Positions 32,408 through 41,833 of a stretch of DNA of 64,000 nucleotides are shown piece by piece. The notes below the pieces were generated by a model, which ran no database searches, was not told where the DNA came from, and worked only from the letters and a program-made list of their open reading frames with translations. The position numbers were made by a program, and so were the translations under genes. The DNA comes from an uncultured Rhodoluna sp. (lineage in GTDB: Bacteria > Actinomycetota > Actinomycetes > Actinomycetales > Microbacteriaceae): positions 27,040-91,039 of the forward strand of contig CAZGZW010000001.1 of assembly GCA_964530255.1 (NCBI GenBank), read 5' to 3'. Each line of letters begins with the position of its first letter. Positions within the stretch are counted from its first letter, which is position 1.

Positions 32408-32442
32408 AAAAAAGGATGCCCCCGCAAGGGCATCCTTTTTTT
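32408..32442. terminator. bidirectional intrinsic terminator between ispH (+) and fbaA (-)
   Basis: The stem GGATGCCC (32414-32421) / GGGCATCC (32428-32435) has a 6-nt loop. An A-tract lies on the left and a run of 7 T on the right. Confidence 0.78.
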
Positions 32443-32450
32443 GAATCTCG

Positions 32451-33476
32451 TTACAGAGACATCGATTTTCCGGCTGAACCCAACTGGTTGGTTGCCTCTA
32501 CAACACGAGCAGACATGCCAGCCTCGCCAATCTTGCCCCAAGCGCGTGGGTCATAAGCCTTCTTGTTTCCCACTTCACCGTCTACCTTCAAGACGCCGTC
32601 GTAGTTGGTAAACATGTGAGCAGCAATCGGGCGGGTGAATGCGTACTGAAGGTCGGTGTCGATGTTCATTTTGATGACACCGTGGCGAACTGCCTCGGCA
32701 ATTTCAGCGTCGGTTGAACCTGATCCGCCGTGGAACACCAAATCGAAGGGCTTGCCTTTTCCGTATTTTTCGCCAACCGCCCGCTGAATTTCACCTAGCA
32801 ATTCTGGGCGAAGCTGAACATTACCTGGCTTATAGACACCGTGCACGTTTCCGAAGGTCAACGCAACCATGTAGCGACCGTTCTCGCCCAGGCCAAGTGC
32901 TTCAGCGGTGGCTAGGCCGTCTTCTGGAGTGGTGTACAGGTGCGCGCCCATTCCACCTTCGACGCCATCTTCTTCTCCGCCGACAACGCCGACTTCGATT
33001 TCAAGCACAGCGCCGATGCCCTTGGTGAGCTGAAGCATTTCTTTCGCAATGGTCAGGTTCTCGGCCATCGGAACCGCCGAGCCATCCCACATGTGAGAGT
33101 TGAATAGTGGATCTTCGCCGCGCTTCACGCGGTCTTGTGAAATCGCAATCAGCGGTCGCACAAATTTGTCGAGCTGATCTTTAGCGCAGTGGTCAGTGTG
33201 TAAGGCAATGGTAATTCCGTAGTTTTTTGCAACCTCACGAGCAAACGCAGCCATTGCAGCTGCACCGCTGGCCATGTTTTTGATGGTCGGCCCCGACCAG
33301 TAGTCGCCACCACCTGTGGTGACCTGAATAATGCCATCTGAGCCGGCAGCCTGCAAACCGGCAAGGGCTGCGTTTAGGGTCTGTGAGCTCGACACGTTGA
33401 TTGCTGGGTAAGCAAAGCCGCCATTCTTGGCGCGGTCGAGCATCTCTAGGTACTGATCTGGTGATGCAACAGGCAT
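32451..33476 (-). CDS. fbaA: class II fructose-bisphosphate aldolase
   Basis: Motifs HTDHC and FHGGSGS are present. ATG 33476 lies 5 nt after GGAG, giving the expected 341 aa. The longer ORF start at 33536 was rejected. Confidence 0.93.
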   Translation of the reverse strand: MPVASPDQYLEMLDRAKNGGFAYPAINVSSSQTLNAALAGLQAAGSDGIIQVTTGGGDYWSGPTIKNMASGAAAMAAFAREVAKNYGITIALHTDHCAKDQLDKFVRPLIAISQDRVKRGEDPLFNSHMWDGSAVPMAENLTIAKEMLQLTKGIGAVLEIEVGVVGGEEDGVEGGMGAHLYTTPEDGLATAEALGLGENGRYMVALTFGNVHGVYKPGNVQLRPELLGEIQRAVGEKYGKGKPFDLVFHGGSGSTDAEIAEAVRHGVIKMNIDTDLQYAFTRPIAAHMFTNYDGVLKVDGEVGNKKAYDPRAWGKIGEAGMSARVVEATNQLGSAGKSMSL

Positions 33477-33591
33477 AGCTGCTCCTACTAATTTAAGGAT
33501 GGTTTTGAATGGCGCGTCTTTGCGAAATTTGCCCAACTGAAGGGGCTTCTAAGATGTTAGCAAGGATGCGCTAATCGGCGCTTACGAACGG

Positions 33592-34551
33592 ATGCGAATG
33601 TCACTGCACAATGCTCACCCGCCCACCCAAGATATTGTTGCGGCAACTGTGGCTGCAGCTGCAGGGTGTTGGCATCTGGTTGGCTCCGAAGACAAATTGG
33701 CGGTGGATGGTGCAGCTGTAGATGCGATGCGCGATAGCTTGAGGGGCGCGAATTTCGGGGGAATTGTCGTCATTGGTGAGGGCGAGAAAGATGAAGCCCC
33801 AATGCTTTACAACGGCGAGAAAATTGGTTCTGGGCAGGCGTTCGATTGGGATATCGCGGTTGATCCAATTGATGGCACGGCGCTCGCAGCAAAAAATATT
33901 CCAGGTGCAGTATCGGTTATGGCTGCCGCGCGTCGGGGCAGCATGCTGGAAGCAGCTGAGGTCTACTTCATGCAAAAGATTGTGACCGGCCCGCTGGGGA
34001 AAGGTGTTGTCGATCTTGATGCTCCGCTATCTGTAAATCTGCTGTCTCTCGCGGAAGCCATGGGCAAAGAGGTTTCAGAGCTCGGTGTCGCCATCATCAA
34101 CAAGCCACGAAACTATGAGCTCATTCAAGAGGTGCATCGTTTGGGTGCAAAATGGGTTCGCTTCGATGAGGGAGATATTGCAATGGCTGTTGCAGCTGCA
34201 ACCCCAGGCACCGGTGTTGACTTGTTAGTTGGTCTCGGGGGATCTCCAGAGGGTGTGGTGACTGCCTGCGCGATTCAAGTTTTGGGTGGATTTATGCAAA
34301 CCAGATTTGCCCCTCAAGATGCTGATCAAATTTCGAGAGCGCTAACTGCTGGCTATGACCTTGAGAAGAAGTTTGAACTAGATGACCTGGTTAGCGGAGG
34401 CGACTATGTATTTGTACTAACCGGCGTCACCGATGGGATTCTCGCCAATGGCATTAGAGAAGTCGATGACGAATTTGAGGTTCAAACCTTTGTGCTTGAT
34501 TCAAGATTGGCCGAAGCCAGGCTCTTGAGCGTGCGAGTACCGCGTTTTTAA
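33592..34551 (+). CDS. glpX: class II fructose-1,6-bisphosphatase
   Basis: Motifs DPIDGT and GEGEKDEAPML are present. The size is 319 aa. It is divergent from fbaA. Confidence 0.9.
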   Translation: MRMSLHNAHPPTQDIVAATVAAAAGCWHLVGSEDKLAVDGAAVDAMRDSLRGANFGGIVVIGEGEKDEAPMLYNGEKIGSGQAFDWDIAVDPIDGTALAAKNIPGAVSVMAAARRGSMLEAAEVYFMQKIVTGPLGKGVVDLDAPLSVNLLSLAEAMGKEVSELGVAIINKPRNYELIQEVHRLGAKWVRFDEGDIAMAVAAATPGTGVDLLVGLGGSPEGVVTACAIQVLGGFMQTRFAPQDADQISRALTAGYDLEKKFELDDLVSGGDYVFVLTGVTDGILANGIREVDDEFEVQTFVLDSRLAEARLLSVRVPRF

Positions 34552-35570
34552 GCGACGGCTGGCTCTTTTAGCAAGGTAGCGCGATCTGGGTTTTCTACCA
34601 CCACTGCCTCAGGCATGTTGTCGAGGTTTTGTAGACCCGAAGTTGGTTGCTGCACTTTAACCGCACCCCACTGCACTGCCATTTTTACTCCTGCAGGCAC
34701 ATCGAACCCTACGAAATGGTTTTCTGGGGTTGGGCCGTTGGTTGTAGCGGCAACCGCCGAGAGAAACCCTGCGAGCGTTGAGTCGCCGGCGCCTACGGTG
34801 TTGATTACCTTGATCGGTGGAGTCTTGGCGTGCCAGGCGTTGTTCTCGGTGACCGCAATCATGCCGTCGGCACCAATGCTGGCTAGAACGCATTCAACAC
34901 CGTGAGCAATTAGTTCGCGAGCAGCGTCAATCACATCGCCATAGTTGTTTAGGGTTCGGCCAACAGCAGAAGCAAGTTCTTCTGCGTTAGGTTTCATCAC
35001 GCTGGCAGCTCCCTGTCGTGCCCAAAAACCTAGGGGTTCACCTGAGGTGTCCAGTGCAACACGCACGCCGAGCTTTTTCATGGCGTCGAAGACCGGCTGC
35101 AGATCGACGTATTTGCCAGTTGAGGTGTCAATTGGCAACGCACCGGCTACTACAAGCCACTTGGCCCCTGCCTCGCGAACGGTCTTATCAGTTAACTCGA
35201 TGACAGATTTCCAGTCTTCAGCGCTCAGTGGTCGTGGGGCTTCATTCACCTTGGTGGTTGCACCATCTTTGATAACCATGGTTGTAGAAACACGCAGGGT
35301 TCCGTCGACCCAAAGCGGAACTAGGGTTTTTGAGTGCCCCGTTCGCTCGAGCACGCTAGGGTCGGCATTGCCGATTGGGATAACGCCGGGTGCCGCGATG
35401 CCCACAAGGTTCAGGCCCTTAGAAACGTTGATGCCTTTGCCAGCTAGTTCTTCAGCGACACCGTCGGCGCGGTTTACTCCGCCTTCAATCAGGTCAGAAA
35501 CGTAATAGGTGCGGTCTAGGGTAGGCGCTGGCGTCAGGGTGACAACCGGTGAGGCAGGTGTCGTCGACAT
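34548..35570 (-). CDS. PfkB family carbohydrate kinase (1-phosphofructokinase / tagatose-6-P kinase-like)
   Basis: The C-terminal motif NTVGAGDSTLAGF and an N-terminal diglycine region are present. ATG 35570 is preceded by AAGGAG at 7 nt. Confidence 0.75.
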   Translation of the reverse strand: MSTTPASPVVTLTPAPTLDRTYYVSDLIEGGVNRADGVAEELAGKGINVSKGLNLVGIAAPGVIPIGNADPSVLERTGHSKTLVPLWVDGTLRVSTTMVIKDGATTKVNEAPRPLSAEDWKSVIELTDKTVREAGAKWLVVAGALPIDTSTGKYVDLQPVFDAMKKLGVRVALDTSGEPLGFWARQGAASVMKPNAEELASAVGRTLNNYGDVIDAARELIAHGVECVLASIGADGMIAVTENNAWHAKTPPIKVINTVGAGDSTLAGFLSAVAATTNGPTPENHFVGFDVPAGVKMAVQWGAVKVQQPTSGLQNLDNMPEAVVVENPDRATLLKEPAVA

Positions 35571-35581
35571 GAAGTTACTCC

Positions 35582-35680
35582 TTGAATTCGAACAGCTAAT
35601 GGTTCTGTTTTGGGGATTTGGCTGCAAACTTCATTGTCGAGCGCTAGCGAAAGTATAGCGAAACAATCAGCTTCGAATTC
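35582..35680 (-). promoter_or_regulatory. candidate operator elements upstream of the pfkB-family kinase
   Basis: There is an inverted 9-mer, GAATTCGAA (35584-35592) / TTCGAATTC (35672-35680). There is also a tandem direct repeat, TAGCGAAA-GTA-TAGCGAAA (35645-35663), with an 11-bp period. Confidence 0.3.
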
Positions 35681-35710
35681 CGAACAAAATCTTGATTTCT
35701 AAGGCGTGTT

Positions 35711-36901
35711 TCAGCTGTTTTTGTCGGCTTTTGACTCGATTGCCTCAGCCGCGCTAATCGCCGTTGGTGTGGCTTCGATGTTTTTCGGGGTTGGTATCTC
35801 GTCTACTGCTAATTGTGATTCATCTAGATCATTTAGTTTTCTTGCCGATACCAGCAGTCGGGTTTCGAGACTGGAAACAAACTGGTTGTAATCTTTCACG
35901 GTTCCTAGCAGCGATCGGCCCAATTTGTCTGCATGATTAGCGACGACGCCAACACGCTCATAGAGTTCTCTACCAATTTTGATCATCGATCTGACCGAAT
36001 TTTCATCTGCGTTTTGCCGCCAGATGTAATTGATAGTTTTTAGGACCGAGAAAAGGCTCACTGGAGAAGCCACTGCAACATTTTTCTTAAATGCATACTC
36101 GAGCAAGGTCGGGTCGGCATCTAATGCTGCTGAGAGCAAAGACTCGCTTGGGACGAATGCGATAACGAAATCTGGGCTGTTGTTTAGGCCGGTCCAATAT
36201 GCTTTGGAGCCAAGCGCATCGACGTGGTTTTTAACAGCTCGAACATGCTCATCTAGCAATTTTGCTCGGCGAGCAAGTTCTTCCGGGCTGGCAAGCTCAG
36301 AAATAGCAGCAGCTTCTTGGTAGGCGCTAAATGGCACCTTCGAATCAATGGCTAGTGCCTTACCACCCGGCAGATTAATAACCATGTCAGCACGGCCAGC
36401 TCCGGCGTTAGTTGTAATGCTCGATTGCTCATCAAAATCTGCGTGCTTCAGCAAACCCGCCAGCTCAACAAGCTTGCGAAGCTGAGTTTCGCCCCAAACG
36501 CCCCTCAAGCTATTTGAAGAGAGAGCCGAGGCAAGTGCCTGGGTTTGCTTGCGCAAAGCCTCATCGCTTTCAACTGCGTTTTTCAACTGCTGCTGGATAG
36601 TGCCAAATTGCTCGACTCGATCTTTCTCTAGGCGAGCCACTGTGTGCTGCATCTGTTCAAGGTGAGCCTTAACCGGAGTCAAGACCTGCAGAAGGCGATT
36701 CTCTGCGCGATCACGCTCGTCGCGCTCGTTTCGTTCACGCTGCAACTGATCAATCTGATTTTGAAGTTCGGTTGATCGGGCCAGGGCCGCGGCCAAATCA
36801 ATTTCAGTCGACTGGGTTCGGGGTGCCTTAGCTTTTGAAAAGAGATAACCAAGTGAGGCGCCAATTACTAGCCCTAGCAACAACCACAGAATTCCATCCA
36901 T
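35711..36901 (-). CDS. rmuC: DNA recombination protein RmuC
   Basis: An N-terminal TM helix, a long coiled coil and a C-terminal RmuC nuclease-like domain are present. ATG 36901 begins at the TM helix. The longer ORF start overlaps the upstream exonuclease gene. Confidence 0.87.
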   Translation of the reverse strand: MDGILWLLLGLVIGASLGYLFSKAKAPRTQSTEIDLAAALARSTELQNQIDQLQRERNERDERDRAENRLLQVLTPVKAHLEQMQHTVARLEKDRVEQFGTIQQQLKNAVESDEALRKQTQALASALSSNSLRGVWGETQLRKLVELAGLLKHADFDEQSSITTNAGAGRADMVINLPGGKALAIDSKVPFSAYQEAAAISELASPEELARRAKLLDEHVRAVKNHVDALGSKAYWTGLNNSPDFVIAFVPSESLLSAALDADPTLLEYAFKKNVAVASPVSLFSVLKTINYIWRQNADENSVRSMIKIGRELYERVGVVANHADKLGRSLLGTVKDYNQFVSSLETRLLVSARKLNDLDESQLAVDEIPTPKNIEATPTAISAAEAIESKADKNS

Positions 36902-36954
36902 GGTTTGAAGTATCGCATCAGCATCCGACAGAAATTTTGCTTGGGAAGCTGTGT

Positions 36955-37518
36955 CTACAAAACCTTCCAAACCTGTTTGGTTGCTGTGAGAAGTTCGTCC
37001 ATTGACTCTGAGCCGTGACGATCCGCAGCGTGAATCACAATTCGAGCACAAGCATCCGCATCTGCCAGTGCGTCGTGGTGATCAAATTCTTCATGCCCAA
37101 TTGCATAAGCGACTGAATTTAGGCGATATGAATCAAGGTTGTAAGTCTTTCTGGCTATTGACAGTGAACAAGAGTATTGAGTCTCCGGCGATCTGAAGTC
37201 AATCAAAGTTGCCGTTGCTCTCAGTACACCCATGTCAAAGGGGGCATTGTGGGCTATCAATGGATCTTCGCCGGCAAAATGAAAAATTAGCTGCAGTGCT
37301 TCAAAGGCGTCGGCAGCCTCAATAACATCACTGGGGCGAATTCCGTGAACTTTGATGTTCCCCTCGTGGAACCAATCGTGAGGGGGTGGGGGCTGAATCA
37401 GAGTAGAGATCGAATCGACAATCTTGCCATTTTCCACCTTCACAAGACCAACCGCGCAGGGGCTGGCTGGCGACGAATTGGCCGTTTCGAAATCGATCGC
37501 GGTGAAGTTGATAGGCAC
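36955..37518 (-). CDS. DEDDh 3'-5' exonuclease (DnaQ/epsilon-like domain)
   Basis: Exo I (AIDFETAN), Exo II (AHNAPFDMGVL) and Exo III (HHDALADA) motifs are present. Confidence 0.82.
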   Translation of the reverse strand: MPINFTAIDFETANSSPASPCAVGLVKVENGKIVDSISTLIQPPPPHDWFHEGNIKVHGIRPSDVIEAADAFEALQLIFHFAGEDPLIAHNAPFDMGVLRATATLIDFRSPETQYSCSLSIARKTYNLDSYRLNSVAYAIGHEEFDHHDALADADACARIVIHAADRHGSESMDELLTATKQVWKVL

Positions 37519-37542
37519 CGCTACAGTCTGGCATAGGTAGAC

Positions 37543-38625
37543 TTGCCTCTCGTGGCTCTTACTATCGGCATCGTCGGACTTCCAAACGTGGGCAAGTCGA
37601 CCCTTTTCAACGCACTCACCAAAAACAATGTTTTGGCCGCGAACTATCCATTCGCGACCATCGAACCAAACGTTGGTGTGGTGAACCTTCCTGACGTCCG
37701 CCTGTCTAAACTCGCTGAGATCTTTGGGTCAGAGCGTTTGCTACCTGCACCGGTATCTTTCGTCGACATCGCGGGAATCGTTCGAGGTGCATCGGTTGGC
37801 GAAGGTTTGGGCAATAAATTTCTAGCAAATATTCGTGAAGCTGACGCAATCGCACAGGTGGTTCGCGGGTTTACCGACGGTGATGTTGTTCACGTAGATG
37901 GCAAAGTCGACGCTGCAAGCGACATTGAGACCATTAATACTGAGCTAATCCTGGCCGACATGGAAACCCTTGATAAAGCTCGTTCAAGAGTTGAAAAAGA
38001 AGTCAAGGGTAAAAAAGCTGAGCCAATCGCTCTCGAAACTATCGACTTGGCGAAGGCTTGGCTTGACAGCGGAAAGCCACTGTCAGCATCCACAATCGAT
38101 CTTGCGCCCATTAAAGAGCTGGGGCTACTAACCGCGAAGCCAATCCTCTATGTTTTCAACGTAGATGAGGGCATTCTTACCGATGCCGCCAAGAAAAAGG
38201 CGCTAGCCGATTTGGTTGCCCCGGCAGAGGCCGTTTTTCTAGACGCAAAAGTCGAATCAGAACTAATCGACCTATCTGCCGATGAGGCTGCAGAACTGCT
38301 TGCGTCACTGGGTCAAGAAGAATCGGGTCTAGACCAGCTCGCTCGCATCGGGTTCGACACCCTTGGGTTGCAGACCTATTTGACCGCTGGGCCAAAAGAA
38401 GCCCGTGCATGGACTATTCGCAAAGGCTGGAAGGCCCCCGCAGCAGCTGGAGTAATTCACACCGATTTTGAACGTGGATTTATTAAGGCCGAGATCGTCT
38501 CATTCGATGATTTGGTCGCTGCGGGCTCGATGGCAGAAGCCAAGGCTGCCGGCAAGGTTCGCATGGAAGGTAAAGACTACGTAATGCAAGATGGCGACGT
38601 AGTTGAATTCCGTTTCAATGTTTAG
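37543..38625 (+). CDS. ychF: redox-regulated ATPase YchF
   Basis: The P-loop GIVGLPNVGKSTLFNALT and a C-terminal TGS-like domain are present. The start may be GTG 37552 rather than TTG 37543. Confidence 0.93.
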   Translation: MPLVALTIGIVGLPNVGKSTLFNALTKNNVLAANYPFATIEPNVGVVNLPDVRLSKLAEIFGSERLLPAPVSFVDIAGIVRGASVGEGLGNKFLANIREADAIAQVVRGFTDGDVVHVDGKVDAASDIETINTELILADMETLDKARSRVEKEVKGKKAEPIALETIDLAKAWLDSGKPLSASTIDLAPIKELGLLTAKPILYVFNVDEGILTDAAKKKALADLVAPAEAVFLDAKVESELIDLSADEAAELLASLGQEESGLDQLARIGFDTLGLQTYLTAGPKEARAWTIRKGWKAPAAAGVIHTDFERGFIKAEIVSFDDLVAAGSMAEAKAAGKVRMEGKDYVMQDGDVVEFRFNV

Positions 38626-38637
38626 CCGAAATTGTCC

Positions 38638-39618
38638 CTAGCCAAGAATTACTGAAATCTCCGCAGTTCCTTCACCAGCGACCAATCGTGAAACGCAGCA
38701 GGCGATTTTTCTACCCTCATGTTTTTGTTCTTCGCTGTAAAAGACGTCGCGGTGTTCAATTTTGCCCTGAGAGTTCACAACTCGAAGTTCACACAGGCCG
38801 CATTCGCCTTTGCGGCAGTCAGACATAACCTCTAGTCCGGCCGATTCCAGGGCGTCGAGCATGCTCTCGTTCTGGCCGACGGTAACCTCAACTCCTCGGT
38901 CGACTACATGAACCTTGAAGCTCTCTGGTTCAAACCATCCACCGGCCCCGAAGGTCTCGTAACGCAAATTAGTAATGTCGATGTCTCGCTTATTCCACTC
39001 GCGGCGAACCTCATCCATCAGCCTGATTGGTCCACACATGTAGAGCTCGGTGTCTCGCTCCAAGCTGCCTACCAGGCGTTCAACTGAGAGAGCATTCTCT
39101 TCGTCATCAACGAACAGCTGAAATTTTTCACCGTGTGTTTTTTCTAGCTGGTGAGAGAAAACCGCCAAGTTACGACTCTTGACCACGTAAACAAATCGAT
39201 AGTTTGCCCGCGCTCGTTTTAGAGCCTCTCCCATTTCGATCAATGCGGTGACACCAATCCCTCCAGCAAGTAATACGTAGCTATCGGCTGAGTAACGCAG
39301 CGGAAAATTCTGGATTGGCTGCGTGATGTCAAGCTCATCGCCAACCTGCAGCTCGTGCATCGCCATCGAACCTCCGCGAGAGTTGCGAGTCTTCAATACG
39401 CCGATTGTTATCTCAATTAGGTCGGCGGACTGGCTAACAATCGAGTAAGAGCGACGGAGCTGTTGGTTTCCCGATTGAATCACTAAGTCGATGTGCGAAC
39501 CAGGCTCTGCCTTTACTGGCAGCGATTGATGAAGCGTGATGTGTCGAATCGTAGGCGCTGCCGAATCGATCTTCACAACCAATCCTTTTTGCCAAACCTC
39601 AAGATTTGTTGCGGCCAA
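38638..39618 (-). CDS. PDR/VanB family oxidoreductase (flavin reductase domain + C-terminal plant-type [2Fe-2S] ferredoxin)
   Basis: The flavin-binding motif RSYS and an NAD-binding motif GGIGVT are present. The cluster motif CRKGECGLCELRV...C lies at the C-terminus. The TTG start directly abuts the stop of the upstream oxygenase. Confidence 0.85.
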   Translation of the reverse strand: MAATNLEVWQKGLVVKIDSAAPTIRHITLHQSLPVKAEPGSHIDLVIQSGNQQLRRSYSIVSQSADLIEITIGVLKTRNSRGGSMAMHELQVGDELDITQPIQNFPLRYSADSYVLLAGGIGVTALIEMGEALKRARANYRFVYVVKSRNLAVFSHQLEKTHGEKFQLFVDDEENALSVERLVGSLERDTELYMCGPIRLMDEVRREWNKRDIDITNLRYETFGAGGWFEPESFKVHVVDRGVEVTVGQNESMLDALESAGLEVMSDCRKGECGLCELRVVNSQGKIEHRDVFYSEEQKHEGRKIACCVSRLVAGEGTAEISVILG

Positions 39619-40731
39619 TTATTTGTTTCCTGGTGTTGAGAAAGTTGCAGTGGAGCGACCTTCAGCCTGCAGTGCCTTTTCAAGAATTCTGCGCACCCAC
39701 ATGCCGCCGGCATCAATATTCAGGTTGTAAAACTCATAGTTTGGGTTCGCATCGATGGCTTCTTGCTGGGCGCGCAACATCACTTCATCTTCCCCGAAAA
39801 CCCGGGTGACACCCTCTCTGAGTTGGGTGGTGATGGCCTGGCTTTCGAGGCGATAGTTGCGCTGAAATGACCAAAAATAGTGGCTGGTGCGTTCTGATTC
39901 TGGGGTGATCGTGTTCATCACGTACCCGTTGACTCCCTGGCTGCGATCACCATCTGGGGCTCCCGTACCCGCTTTTGCGACTCCTACATCAATACAGATT
40001 GTTGAGGGTGCGTAGAAATGGATGATTTGCCAGCGGTCAACTTTTCCCTCGTATTCAGGGTAAACATCGCGCAAATTCTTTTTCCAAAACGGAGGTGGAT
40101 TGATGTTTTTCATCCATCGCGTTACGGTTACCGAGTTTTCAGTGTGGGTGGTGAAAAACTCAGCTTCACTTAGCTCGGCCTGCCCAATACTTGAGCCGTG
40201 AACAAACTCTTCATGTGTTAGGTCCATTAGGTTATCGACGATGAGCTGGTAATTGCAGTCAGCGTGAATAGTTTTTCCGTCACCAGTCCAGTTTGGGTCA
40301 TCCATTTGACTCATGTTAGGAATCAAGTCAGGGTCGGCCAATGCCGGATCTCCGAGCCAAACCCAGATGTAGCGATATTTCTGCACGGCTGGGAAGGAGG
40401 GCACGGTAGCGCTCGGGTTTATTGTCTCTTGTGCGGGCATGGATACACAGCGCCCAGCCGAGTTGTAGACAATTCCGTGATAGGGGCATTGAATACCGTC
40501 TGCGCCCACAGTTTTCCCCAGCGAAAGCGGCGCTAGACGATGCCAACATGCGTCAGCCAGTGCGACAGGTTTTCCAGTTTCGGTTCGATAGAGCGCGAGC
40601 GGCTTTTCGCAAATGGTTCGAGCAATAGGATTGCGGGTTAGCTCATAATCCCAGGCTGCAACGTACCAAGCATTTAGAGGAAAATTGGTGATTTTGGTCG
40701 TTGTGGTGCTTCCCAGATTTGTCGCTGCCAT
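39619..40731 (-). CDS. Rieske [2Fe-2S] non-heme iron oxygenase, VanA-like (O-/N-demethylase-type monooxygenase component)
   Basis: The Rieske motif CWHRLAPLSLG...CPYHG is present. The mononuclear iron motif NLMDLTHEEFVH is present. The N-terminal motif NAWYVAAW is typical of VanA-type enzymes. A GGAGAGGG RBS precedes ATG 40731. Confidence 0.85.
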   Translation of the reverse strand: MAATNLGSTTTTKITNFPLNAWYVAAWDYELTRNPIARTICEKPLALYRTETGKPVALADACWHRLAPLSLGKTVGADGIQCPYHGIVYNSAGRCVSMPAQETINPSATVPSFPAVQKYRYIWVWLGDPALADPDLIPNMSQMDDPNWTGDGKTIHADCNYQLIVDNLMDLTHEEFVHGSSIGQAELSEAEFFTTHTENSVTVTRWMKNINPPPFWKKNLRDVYPEYEGKVDRWQIIHFYAPSTICIDVGVAKAGTGAPDGDRSQGVNGYVMNTITPESERTSHYFWSFQRNYRLESQAITTQLREGVTRVFGEDEVMLRAQQEAIDANPNYEFYNLNIDAGGMWVRRILEKALQAEGRSTATFSTPGNK

Positions 40732-40871
40732 TTTGCCCTCTCCGTTGAAGTGCTTAGAGCTTATTTCGCATCGCGGATTAGTTTTAGCAACTTGGGTTAA
40801 TAGCAGGTATGGGTATTTTTCAACTCAATTTCTACCCCTAAAATCAACGTTGGTGTGCAGAGAGGTTAGAA

Positions 40872-41342
40872 GTGTCGGGATTCTTATATTCAGTGGAACG
40901 TGAATACCCAATAGCAGTTTCGCAACTCTGGGATGCTTGGACAAATCCTGCAAAACTAGAGCAGTGGTACAGCCCAACTTTTTTGAGCGTGGTACCTGGC
41001 TCTGCGGTTTCTGAAACCGAAGTTGGCGGCTGCTGGGCGATAGCAGTTGACGTTTCGGCAAACGGATTCAATGCTTATTTCTGGGGCAGATACAGTGAAG
41101 TTAAGTTGCACCAAAAGCTCGAACACACGCTTTGCTATAGCCAAGATGAAGCAGAGTTCAAAGCCCGCAGTGACGCTGCTGAATCGCACCTAATTGTGAT
41201 TGATTTCGAAGATCGCGGTGATTCCAGTTGGGTGCGTTTCACCCAATACGGGGAGATGCCCGCAGAGCAAGCTGAAGCTTCTCGAGAAGGTATGGAGAGC
41301 TATCTCGACAATCTCGAGCAATTTTTGGCCAAAGAACTCTAG
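40872..41342 (+). CDS. SRPBCC (Aha1/START-like) domain-containing protein
   Basis: The motif VSQLWDAWTNPAKLEQWYSP is typical of the AHSA1 subfamily. The size is 156 aa. Confidence 0.65.
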   Translation: MSGFLYSVEREYPIAVSQLWDAWTNPAKLEQWYSPTFLSVVPGSAVSETEVGGCWAIAVDVSANGFNAYFWGRYSEVKLHQKLEHTLCYSQDEAEFKARSDAAESHLIVIDFEDRGDSSWVRFTQYGEMPAEQAEASREGMESYLDNLEQFLAKEL

Positions 41343-41351
41343 GAGAGCAAA

Positions 41352-41762
41352 ATGTTCAGTGAATTGAATTGGTTAGCTGTTTTTGTTGCCGGTCTGATCC
41401 AAATTACGGTTGGGGCAATTTGGTTCGGCCCAAAAACCTTCTTCCCAGTTTGGTGGAAGTTGATGGGCAAAGACCCAAATCAACAACCAGGCAACGACGG
41501 CATGGCCAAGGTCTTTTCAATTACCTTTCTGGCCGCCTTCGTTCAAGCAATTACGTTGGCTTTGGTGCTAAATGCTCTAGAAGTGTCAACACCATTGGAT
41601 GGCGCCCTGGTTGGTGCCCTGCTCGGTTTTGGTATCGGTGCAGCAACATCTGTGTCACACCGACTCTTCGGTCAGCAGGGCTTACGCATATGGATTCTCG
41701 AGGTGGGTCAAGACGTAATTGGTTTGACACTGATGGGGTTACTGCTCGGGTCTTGGGTTTAG
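41352..41762 (+). CDS. DUF1761 domain-containing membrane protein
   Basis: Four hydrophobic segments are present. The N-terminal pattern NWLAVFVAGLIQITVGAIWFGP..F...W is characteristic of the family. Confidence 0.62.
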   Translation: MFSELNWLAVFVAGLIQITVGAIWFGPKTFFPVWWKLMGKDPNQQPGNDGMAKVFSITFLAAFVQAITLALVLNALEVSTPLDGALVGALLGFGIGAATSVSHRLFGQQGLRIWILEVGQDVIGLTLMGLLLGSWV

Positions 41763-41833
41763 TTAATCAGCAACTCATCCGAAATTTACCGGGATTTAGT
41801 TGCAACTTAAGTAGCTGAATTTATTTTGCCTAC

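Noticed and set aside
39601-40731. The Rieske oxygenase and its reductase both begin with the same six residues, MAATNL. I considered a duplicated start region or a mis-assembly.
   Set aside because: Only about 13 of the 18 compared nucleotides match, and similarity ends after codon 6. The two proteins belong to unrelated folds. This is most likely coincidence. The reductase start is a TTG and might lie elsewhere.
41769-41802. An imperfect hairpin, GCAACT...AGTTGC, between the DUF1761 gene and the 5'-nucleotidase gene; also a weak hairpin at about 43786-43815 after the nucleotidase.
   Set aside because: The stems are interrupted and lack U-tracts, so they cannot be distinguished from chance secondary structure.
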